Source: Candidatus Hydrogenedentota bacterium (GTDB taxonomy: Bacteria > Hydrogenedentota > Hydrogenedentia > Hydrogenedentales > SLHB01). Taken from it: a DNA stretch of 64,000 nucleotides. The position numbers were made by a program, and so were the translations under genes. Below the pieces are notes generated by a model. That model was not told the DNA's origin and searched no databases. It saw only the letters and a list, made by a program, of their open reading frames with translations. Positions 56,064 to 64,000 of this stretch are shown here, piece by piece. The stretch covers positions 138,251 through 202,250 of the forward strand of contig CAVUWV010000031.1 in NCBI GenBank assembly GCA_963745075.1, given 5' to 3'. Position 1 is the stretch's first letter. The number at the start of each line of letters is the position of its first letter.

Positions 56064-56669
56064 TCAGTACTTCCGGGAGGTGCGTGCTACCGCGCGCGGG
56101 CCTATCCAAATGCCTCGCGCGATTCGAGCATACTCGCACGCACCGCCGTGCCGGGTTGTCTCGGAATCCGGCTGCGCGGGTGTCGCGACCAAGTCGCGGT
56201 AACCTTGGGCGCGTGCGGCCACGCGCGGGTTACCGCCGTTGAGTACGCAGAGTAAGGTCGCCGAGGGCCCCATACTGATTCCAGCCGATGTATCCATGGG
56301 GATTCCCTCTCCAGGATGGGCGAATTATATGCCATGGGGACAGGGAAATGGCGCGCTTCTTGAACGATGAAATACAGGGACGGACTACTGCTGCGTACGC
56401 CTGTTGAAGCGCATGGCGTAGACCGTGTGCACATCGCGCGATGCCCGCGCCAGCGACTCCTCCCGTTCCGGCACCGCGACGAGGTGAATGTGGTTGGTCA
56501 TGAGACAATACGCCCAGATGTCCAGGCCATGCCGCTCCCCGTACTTCTTCAGGAACCGCAGATACGCGTGGCGGTCATCCTCCGTCTCGAAGACGTTTGC
56601 CCGCCGATTGCCCCGCTGGGTTACGTGATGCGGATACCCCGGAACAACAATGCGTGCCACTCTACTCAT
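56064..56669 (-). pseudogene. Decayed IS200/RAYT-like (COG1943) tyrosine-transposase gene
   Basis: Intact N-terminal 94 aa 'RIVVPGYPHHVTQRGNRRANVF...IWAYCLMTNHIHLVAVP...YAMRFNRR' ends at a TAG. Recognisable continuation ('SLYFIVQEARHFPVPM', 'LNGGNPRVAARAQGYRD') is scattered over other frames. Confidence 0.65.
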
Positions 56670-56706
56670 CCCCCGACAATAACCGAAAAGCCGGAGAATT
56701 GCAATT

Positions 56707-56734
56707 TAATTCGTAGTCTGTCCCTGAATTTCCC
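56707..56734 (+). repeat. 28-nt repeat TAATTCGTAGTCTGTCCCTGAATTTCCC (copy 1), followed by tandem CCCTGAATTT
   Basis: Matches the reverse complement of 63176-63203 at 26/28 positions. Lies 38-65 nt upstream of the RAYT-like start. Confidence 0.8.
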
Positions 56735-57038
56735 TGAATTTCCCTGGGGAAGTATCGCAGGGAAGGGGAACGGTTTCTGACTAATTCAGTGCAAGAGTGG
56801 GGCTGTAGCGCCAAAAAAGGGCCGCAGCCCCGCAGGGCCACAGTCTGGAGCAATTCTTTCGAATCAGAAATAGTGGGAAACTGTGGCACGAATCTCTTGC
56901 GATATCGGTGCTCGTGGTGCACAATGAACTCAGTAGGGTAATTGCAAGGCCCCTTTCAAAACTGGATAAGGCGCAGGGCACGTGTCTCCTCTTGAACGTC
57001 TGTTCGCGGGACGCATGTCGTGCACCAAGTGAAAAGGA

Positions 57039-57851
57039 ATGCCTAATATGAAGACGGCGTCCCACATCTATTTCGTTGGTTTGGTTACTTCATTCCCATT
57101 GGTGATCACAGGATGCCTCCCTAGTGTCGGTGTGCCGGTTCCCGGTGAGACGCGAACATTTGACGGCATCGAGTTTCAGTGGTGTCCGGCCGGGACGTTC
57201 ACGATGGGGAGTCCGTCGAGTGAAACCGGCCATACGATGGATGAAGCTCAGCACGAAGTTACGATCAGTAAAGGGTTCTGGCTCTCCAAGTATGAAGTTA
57301 CGCAAGCACAGTGGCAGGATATCACTGGCGGCAACCCCTCGAATTTCGACGATCCAGGATCCGAGAATAGACCCGTAGACCAGGTAACGTGGGAGGGCGT
57401 TCAAGATTTCCTCGAGGACTTGAACGCTGCGACATCCGGTGGACCATACCGATTGCCGACCGAATCGGAATGGGAATATGCCTGCCGGGCGGGCACGACC
57501 ACTCGATTCCATTGGGGCGACGACCCGACCGAATCAATGATCGGTGATTATGCTTGGTACGACGGCAACTCGCAGGATGAAACGCATCCCGTTGGCGGAA
57601 AGATGCCGAACCCCTGGGGACTTTACGACATGAACGGAAACGTTTGGGAATGGTGCCAGGACTGGTATGGCGATTACCCCGCTGGACCTGTGACCGATCC
57701 ACAGGGAGCGGCATCGGGAACGCTTCGGGTTTTACGCGGGGGCGGCTGTGATTCATATGCCGACGATTGTCGCGCGGCCAACCGCTTTACTTTCAACCCC
57801 ATCAGCTCATACAGGACGATAGGGTTTCGGATAGTTCGGACTCCAGGTTAG
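57039..57851 (+). CDS. FGE-sulfatase (SUMF1) domain lipoprotein
   Basis: Lipobox 'LVITGC'. 'FQWCPAGTFTMGSP...VTQAQWQDI...VDQVTWEGVQDFL...YRLPTESEWEYACRAGT...NPWGLYDMNGNVWEWC...RVLRGGG'. Confidence 0.9.
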   Translation: MPNMKTASHIYFVGLVTSFPLVITGCLPSVGVPVPGETRTFDGIEFQWCPAGTFTMGSPSSETGHTMDEAQHEVTISKGFWLSKYEVTQAQWQDITGGNPSNFDDPGSENRPVDQVTWEGVQDFLEDLNAATSGGPYRLPTESEWEYACRAGTTTRFHWGDDPTESMIGDYAWYDGNSQDETHPVGGKMPNPWGLYDMNGNVWEWCQDWYGDYPAGPVTDPQGAASGTLRVLRGGGCDSYADDCRAANRFTFNPISSYRTIGFRIVRTPG

Positions 57852-58452
57852 AAACCGCTGATTTCATCTTCACGCGACTGAGGGTTAGCCTGTAGCAGGC
57901 CTTAAAACGACCGCGAGACGGCGCAACATGTCCTCGGCAACCGACGGTAGTGTGTTCAGAGCGCGAAGGTGGGATCGTTATAATTGGAGAAAAGGCCGCA
58001 ACGTTACGGCCTGTCCAAATCTCCACGTAGACTTTCTCTTGGGCTTCTTCGGCCACGGGATAACGCTCTCCGGGGCCGGTGGAACGTAGCCCATGCCCTT
58101 GTAAAGCCAATCCGTACCTTTTGAATTCCATATGCATGTTGGAGTAGATTCCGTGCGCAAGATCTTTTCTGGTTTTTCCGTATGTTCGATTCCGAGTGTT
58201 TGGCCTGTCGTCTGGGGCTGGTGCTTGCGGACACCGGGGCGCTGCTGCGGGTGTCCGGTTCGTACCATGCGGAGTTCTTTCCGAGCTTCAGGTTTGTCCT
58301 CGACCCCGCTCCGGCTTGAACTTCCGGTTCCCGGCGGCGGTTTCTGCGGAGCAGGCGGACGCCCCGGCTGCTGTGCGTGCGAGGGGCAGCGTTCATCCAG
58401 TGATTCAGTGGTGCACTTCCAATAATCCGGTTCGTGTATCAAGGAGCAACCC

Positions 58453-61400
58453 ATGAGAAGCATTAGCAAGGCATGGAGCGCGTGGACGGTGTTGGCGGCG
58501 CTGGCGTGGGTGGCTGCGCCGGTAGTGGCCCACGGGCAATTCACGGAGGACACGAGCGCCAACCTCACCGGGGTGTTTGGTTCTAGCGCGGCGTGGGGTG
58601 ATTACGATAGCGACGGGGACCTGGACATCCTCCTCACCGGGGACACGGGCAGCGGCTATGTCTCAACGGTTTACCGAAACAACGGCGACGGAACTTTCAC
58701 GGATATTGCCGCCAGCCTCACGGCGGTAGCGAGTTCCAGCGTGGCGTGGGGCGACTACGATAACGACGGGGACCTGGACATCCTCCTCACCGGGGACACG
58801 GGCAGCGGCTATGTCTCGGAGGTTTACCGGAACAACGGGGATGGCACCTTCACGGACATCGCCGCCAGCCTCACGGCGGTAGCGAGTTCCAGCGTGGCGT
58901 GGGGCGACTACGATAACGACGGGGACCTGGACATCCTCCTCACCGGGGACACGGGCAGCGGCTATGTCTCGGAGGTTTACCGGAACAACGGGGATGGCAC
59001 CTTCACGGACATCGCCGCCAGCCTCACGGCGGTAGCGAGTTCCAGCGTGGCGTGGGGCGACTACGATAACGACGGGGACCTGGACATCCTCCTCACCGGG
59101 GACACGGGCAGCGGCTATGTCTCGGAGGTTTACCGGAACAACGGGGACGAAACGTTCACGGATATCGCGGCCGGACTCACCGCCGTGACCGCATCGAGCG
59201 CGGCGTGGGGTGATTACGACAACGACGGGGACCTGGACATCCTCCTCACCGGGGACACGGGCAGCGGCTATGTCTCGGAGGTTTACCGGAACAACGGGGA
59301 CGAAACGTTCACGGATATCGCGGCCGGACTCACCGCCGTGACCGCATCGAGCGCGGCGTGGGGTGATTACGACAACGACGGGGACCTGGACATCCTCCTC
59401 ACGGGGTACGACGCTGGCATCAACCGCGTCTCGAAGGTTTATCGGAACAACGGGGATGGCACGTTCACGGACATCGCCGCCAGCCTCACGGCGGTAGCGA
59501 GTTCCAGCGTGGCGTGGGGCGACTACGATAACGACGGGGACTTGGACGTCGTCCTCACGGGGGCGGACGCCGGTTCCAATGGTGTGTCGAAGGTGTACCG
59601 GAACGACCTGCCCCCGGTGCTGGCCAACACCTTCACAGACGTCGCCGCCGGCCTCACCGGTGTGGACTTGGGCAGAGTGGCGTGGGGGGACTACGATAAC
59701 GACGGGGACCTGGACATCCTTCTCACCGGGTTTGCGGCCGGCGCCATTGCCGTTTCTAAGGTATATCGAAACAACGGGGACGGCACCTTTACGGACATTG
59801 CCGCCGGTCTGCCCGGACTCTACATTTCCGGCGCGATGTGGGGGGACTTCGACAATGACGGAGACCTGGACATACTTCTCGTCGGAGACATGAGCGATAC
59901 CCGCGTAGCTGGGATTTACCGGAACAACGGCGACAACACCTTCACGGAGACCATGGGTACAGGACTGACCGGTGTGCTTTACGGCAACGTGGCGTGTGGG
60001 GATTACGACCACGACGGGGACCTGGACATCCTTCTTGCCGGATTTGATGCCACCGTCACGCTTGTCTCAACGGTTTACCGAAACAACGGCGACGGAACTT
60101 TCACGGATATTGCCGCCGGCCTGCCCGGAGTATCCGCCTCGAGCGTGGCGTGGGGCGACTATGATCACGACGGGGACCTGGACATCCTACTTGCCGGATT
60201 TGGCGCCGGTAGTGCGCCTGTCTCAAACGTCTACCGGAACAACGGGGACGAAACGTTCACGGATATCGCGGCCGGACTCACTGCCGTGACCGCATCGAGC
60301 GCGGCGTGGGGTGATTACGACAACGACGGGAACCTGGACATCCTCCTCGCAGGAATTGATGCCGGCGATACTCGTCTGGCAAAGGTTTACCGGAACAACG
60401 GGGATGGCAGCTTTACGGACATCACGGCTGGCCTCACCGGGGTGCAGGATTCGAGCATGGTATGGGGCGACTACGATAACGACGGGGACCTGGACATCCT
60501 CCTCACCGGATCGGTCTCGAGTTCTGAAGCCGACGCAATCGCGAAGGTTTACCGGAACAACGGGGATGGCACCTTCACGGACATCGCCGCCGGTCTTACC
60601 GAGGTGGCGTATTCAAATGTGGCGTGGGGGGATTACGACAACGACGGAGACCTGGACGTCCTTCTTACTGGATTGGACGTCGGTTCCAATGGTGTGTCGA
60701 AGGTGTACCGGAACGACAACGTCCGGGCGCCTTCATTCGCGGTTAACGACGTGACGCTTGACGAGGGAAACTCCGGCACGACGAGTTTCACATTTACGGT
60801 TACACGTGACCACAACCAGAGCGAAGCCTGGGTAGACGCCGCCACGACCAACGTTTCCGCCATGGCGGGCAACGACTACACGGCCGTGACCGCTACGACC
60901 CTCCATTTCACGGCGGGAGGGGCGCTGTCCCAGCAGGTGACGGTGGACGTGGTGGGCGATTTGAGTGAGGAACCGGACGAGACTTTCCATCTCAACCTAG
61001 CGAACCCCGTAGACGCGGTCCTCGGGGACAGCCAGGGCCTGGGGACCATCCTCAACGATGATATCCCGCCGTCGATGACCACTCAACCTCAGAGATCAGG
61101 ATGTCTGCGCGGGGACCGACGCCGTGTTCTCGGCGGCGGCTGCCGGTTCCCCGGCACCAACAGCGCAGTGGCAGGTGGACAACGGCAGCGGGTTTGCGGA
61201 CATCCCCGGTGCGACCTCAACGACTCTGACGGTCTCCGCGCCAGACGCGAACCTAAACGGGAACCACTACCGGGCCGTGTTCTCGAACGGGGTCAATAGC
61301 ACCATGTCCGACCCGGCAACGCTCAGCGTAACAAGTACACCGGACGTGAGCGGTGTCGTCGTGACGGCGACGGACGGTGCGTTCCCTGACCACATCGACG

Positions 61401-61795
61401 TGACTTGGACAGCCGCACTGAACGCGACGGAGTACCAGGTGTGGCGTGCCACGAAACAGAATCTGAACGGCGCAGCATTGGTCCGCGATTGGTCATCCGC
61501 GTTGCACTTCAGCGACAGCAACGTAGGCAGCATGCAGGCGGGTGGATTTCGATGTCCAGGCCAGGCGGCAGCGATGAAGTATTACTATTACGTGGTGGCC
61601 CGCAACCCGTGCTTCGAGAGCGTCCCGAGTTCGGCGGACAGCGGCTACGCATCGTCGGCCAAGGGTCTTGGTACGTCTCAGGCGGGGCTCCTGGCTCCTG
61701 GAAGCGGCTTGGGTGAATTTCTGCTGTTCCTGGCGGCCTGCCTGGCCGGTGTCCGTGCGAAAAGGCGCAAACCAGCAGAAAGCGCCGCGAACTGA
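58453..61795 (+). pseudogene. Giant FG-GAP/VCBS-repeat + Calx-beta + Ig-like surface protein with a C-terminal anchor, interrupted by one extra nucleotide (~61093)
   Basis: About 16 FG-GAP units ('VAWGDYDNDGDLDILLTG...VYRNNGDGTFTDIAA'). Calx-beta 'FAVNDVTLDEGNSGTTSFTFTV...GNDYTAV...EPDETFHLNL...LGTILNDD'. After '...TTQPQ' the protein continues in the +1 frame: 'DQDVCAGTDAVFSAAAAGSPAPTAQWQVDNG...'. Tail 'LGEFLLFLAACLAGVRAKRRK'. Confidence 0.85.
58633..59400 (+). repeat. Near-perfect 153-bp (51-codon) tandem repeats within the FG-GAP gene
   Basis: Consecutive copies starting around 58786 and 58939 are identical by eye. Flanking copies differ at a few positions. Divergent copies continue to ~60710. 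Confidence 0.85.
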
Positions 61796-62049
61796 ATCCC
61801 GTTTCCATCGCTCTGTAAAGCGGGCTGCAGGTATCGGCGTCGGGCCGGACAAGTTGGGATGTGCGGTCGAGGGCATAGCGCGCATTGTGGGAATATTGCG
61901 GCCAGTTTGTAAACTAATGCTCTAATGTTGTGACAGCACCTGCGGTCGCCTGTACGTTCTATGGTAGGGTCGTTCGGACTATTCCGCGCATTCACAAGTT
62001 CGGAATAGCAGTCTTTGGGAAGGTAACACAACCAGTAAGAGGGTATGCC

Positions 62050-62415
62050 ATGTCTAAACGAAAGTGGTTCGTATTCTTATCCAGCGTGCTTCTTATCGTT
62101 CTTTTGCTGGGGTGCCCTATGGACATGTCGTCGTTGGCGGGCGCTTGGAAAGTGTCGCTCCACTTTGATTGTGACACCGCCACCCAGTCTATATTGGGGA
62201 TTGTCCTCTATCCCGATGGAACCGCTGAGTTGTACGACGAAGGCGTTTACGTTGGCACGTGGTCGTTGAATGGCTCAGTGGTTACGATCACGTTGGTGAG
62301 TCCGTCAGCGTATACATTCACAGGGACTGTATCCATGGATGGAGATTCAATAATTGACGGGAACTACACCGGCACCTACAGCGGTTGTTGGACCGCCGAG
62401 AAGATCAAGTTTTGA
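62050..62415 (+). CDS. Small lipoprotein, paralog A
   Basis: 'MSKRKWFVFLSSVLLIVLLLGCPM' lipobox LLGC. Shares 'GAW...L..DCD...TAEL...GTW..NG..V......FTG....I..G.....CWTAE' with the next gene. Confidence 0.7.
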   Translation: MSKRKWFVFLSSVLLIVLLLGCPMDMSSLAGAWKVSLHFDCDTATQSILGIVLYPDGTAELYDEGVYVGTWSLNGSVVTITLVSPSAYTFTGTVSMDGDSIIDGNYTGTYSGCWTAEKIKF

Positions 62416-62451
62416 GGGTGCGCAATTCAGGCAATCTCAGGAGCATGAGAA

Positions 62452-62823
62452 ATGTTTAAGCGATATGCGGTAATCGTGGCCTCCATGACGCTGTTTTCGG
62501 CGATCTTTTCCGGCTGCCCGATGCAGGGCGCCTCAATTGTAGGGGCATGGGCCATTAATCTCGATGCCGATTGCGACAGTATGGACGTCCAACACTTTAT
62601 TTTAGTGATTCAAAAGGACAACACGGCCGAGCTCCTTATGGAATTCGACGCCGAGGGAACTTGGACTTTCAACGGCACGACCGTCAGCCTGTCCTTTCCT
62701 GATGTTCAGGGAGCCGAATACGAATTTACGGGTGTTTTGGGGTCACAAACCATTACATCGGGCACGTTCACGGTTGACTCCATGGGAACCAACTGTTGGA
62801 CGGCCGAGCAGCTTGTCTCGTGA
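62452..62823 (+). CDS. Small lipoprotein, paralog B
   Basis: 'MFKRYAVIVASMTLFSAIFSGCPM' lipobox FSGC. Same conserved skeleton as paralog A. Confidence 0.7.
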   Translation: MFKRYAVIVASMTLFSAIFSGCPMQGASIVGAWAINLDADCDSMDVQHFILVIQKDNTAELLMEFDAEGTWTFNGTTVSLSFPDVQGAEYEFTGVLGSQTITSGTFTVDSMGTNCWTAEQLVS

Positions 62824-63006
62824 TCAGAATCAGGGATACGCCTTCCCGTTTTCTCGTTTCCTCTGGTAGCGTCGCTTGCCGTTGACGCGCACCCGGTGCG
62901 GCTGCGCGAGTCGTGAAGCGCGTCGGACAGAAAACTGAATAGTATCCGTCCGGCGAACCCAGTGGTTGGTGAAGAAGCGAGTACGTGATGGACCGTTGGG
63001 ACGTGA

Positions 63007-63174
63007 TCAGTTCAGAGTTTTCCAGTGGTCGGGAAAGAGCTCGTGGATGCGGCGATTAGGGTGTGTGGGGATACGCGCGAGGAGGTCTTGGATATAGGCG
63101 AAGGGGTCGAGGTTGTGGCGGCGGGCGCTAGCGATGAGACTGAAATGGATCGCGGCGGCGTGGCCACCGCGGTC
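63007..63174 (-). pseudogene. C-terminal fragment of an IS66-family transposase
   Basis: 'GGHAAAIHFSLIASARRHNLDPFAYIQDLLARIPTHPNRRIHELFPDHWKTLN*' matches the conserved IS66 Tnp C-terminus. Nothing upstream is homologous. Confidence 0.7.
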
Positions 63175-63175
63175 G

Positions 63176-63203
63176 GGGAAATAAAGGGACAGACTACGAA
63201 TTA
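63176..63203 (-). repeat. 28-nt repeat (copy 2, inverted relative to 56707-56734)
   Basis: The minus strand reads TAATTCGTAGTCTGTCCCTTTATTTCCC. It spans the stop codon of the RAYT-like fragment and the junction with the IS66 fragment. Confidence 0.8.
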
Positions 63204-63421
63204 CCCACTTCTCCGCCGTCTTTCTCCGTCCGTTTGCGTTTCCGGCCTCGTTTGGCAGGACGCAGGAGGCGACCGAGCAGGTTCTCCAGCTGGACCACAA
63301 ACTGGCTCCCGCCGCAGGGGCGGCCAGTGCTGGTCTGGCGGCGAATGCGTTCGATGGCATCGGGATCGTCCTCCACACTAAGCCATCCCGCCCAGTCCTC
63401 GATAACGCCGGGCGGGGGCAA
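63194..63421 (-). pseudogene. C-terminal fragment of a second RAYT-like (COG1943) transposase
   Basis: 'DPDAIERIRRQTSTGRPCGGSQFVVQLENLLGRLLRPAKRGRKRK' corresponds to the conserved C-terminal tail of this family. No catalytic N-domain upstream. Confidence 0.55.
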
Positions 63422-63827
63422 CTGCTAGTAGAGTAGCCGGTCTCGCTGTTTTGCGCAAGAGGAGATTTAATTGCGGAGTGCGGTCCCCGCCTGCGCGAGG
63501 ATGACGGGCAGGTTGGCACGGGCGAGAGCTTTGGCGGTCCGGGTTGTGGTGCGGGCTTCCAGCCTGACCTGGTCGCAGGCTGGAAGCCTGCACCACACTT
63601 CTCGCCTTTGCCTCTTCCGAAGGTTTGGGTACCGTTGGGGGCGCCTGTTCCACCGATAGTGAGACCTGGCCTCTTTGCACCCAGATCGTTGCAGAATTGA
63701 CACGTGCGCCGAATCATGGAAGAATGTCCGCGATCTGTGTGCGCAAGGTTTAGGGAATGGTGGCAGTCCTGTGCCCCGACGCGGGGAAACGTTTATGCGC
63801 GCAATTCGTAATGGAAGGGAGCATCAC

Positions 63828-64000
63828 GTGAGTACTGCGATCGAGCATGTCCTGGAAGAAAAGCGTCAGTTCGACCCGACCCCGGAGTTTTCTGAGAAAG
63901 CTCACATCACGTCCATGGAGGAGTACAAGAAGCTGTACGACAAATCCGTCCAGGACCCCGAGGGTTTCTGGGGCGACGTTGCAGAAGAGTTGCATTGGTT
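63828..64000 (+). CDS. acs: Acetyl-CoA synthetase, N-terminal 57 codons (continues beyond the window)
   Basis: GTG 63828 follows GGAAGGGAG. '[57 protein letters not shown]' is a typical Acs N-terminus. Not in the ORF track because there is no stop in the window. Confidence 0.85.
   Translation, partial: MSTAIEHVLEEKRQFDPTPEFSEKAHITSMEEYKKLYDKSVQDPEGFWGDVAEELHW

Noticed and set aside
57852-58452. Minus-strand ORFs 57802-58137 and 57978-58568 in the spacer before the FG-GAP gene, considered as transposase remnants
   Set aside because: No DDE, HUH or recombinase motif is recognisable, the translations are low-complexity, and no flanking repeats were found.
11902-61795. Programmed +1 ribosomal frameshifting as the explanation for the seven frame breaks
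   Set aside because: There is no common slippery or stall motif at the sites (GTC-G-GTG, GGG-C-CCG, AAA-G-ATC, CCG-A-ATC, GCC-G-GCC, CAG-A-GAT). The affected genes are not known to use recoding.
1-64000. tRNA, rRNA, tmRNA, RNase P and SRP RNA genes
   Set aside because: I found no T-loop GGTTCGAATCC-type strings, no RNase P 'GGAAAGTCCGGGC' or 'ACAGAACCCGGCTTA' boxes, and no SRP 'GGAAGCAGCC' box. A covariance-model scan would be needed for certainty.

Overview
High-GC bacterial chromosomal window. The gene repertoire (several Hanks-type kinases, FGE-sulfatase domains, sulfatase-TPR, ELWxxDGT and FG-GAP/Calx-beta proteins, a sigma54 activator) suggests a PVC-group or allied candidate-phylum organism; this is inference only. 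1-22.6 kb is housekeeping: GGDEF sensor, kinase-FGE fusion, eda, rho, polA, lpxB/oxidoreductase/lpxA, a hybrid RR-HK behind a textbook sigma54 promoter with two TGT-N10-ACA sites, an OmpA-like protein, xerD, and yicC-gmk-rpoZ-coaBC. 22.7-28 kb is a glycosyltransferase/methyltransferase cluster that looks like surface-polysaccharide genes. 28-45.5 kb holds a C25 peptidase, a kinase, an FHA-sigma54 activator, an ELWxxDGT propeller, a glycosidase-like protein, a sulfatase-TPR protein, a TPP enzyme and lepB. 45.5-63.8 kb is accessory and mosaic: small membrane paralogs, a YWTD propeller, vapBC, REP/MITE-like palindromes, decayed RAYT-like and IS66 fragments, a giant FG-GAP/Calx-beta protein, lipoprotein paralogs and the start of acs. 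It also contains a ~4.3 kb island bounded by a duplicated comM 3' end and packed with toxin-antitoxin-like genes. The best candidate for something new sits inside that island: an IS1595-family element with 24-nt inverted repeats and a perfect 8-bp target duplication, carrying an unrecognisable 263-aa ORF coupled to a PIN nuclease. Seven single extra nucleotides (all +1) interrupt six conserved genes; consensus insertion errors are the simplest explanation. No rRNA, tRNA or CRISPR array was recognised by eye.
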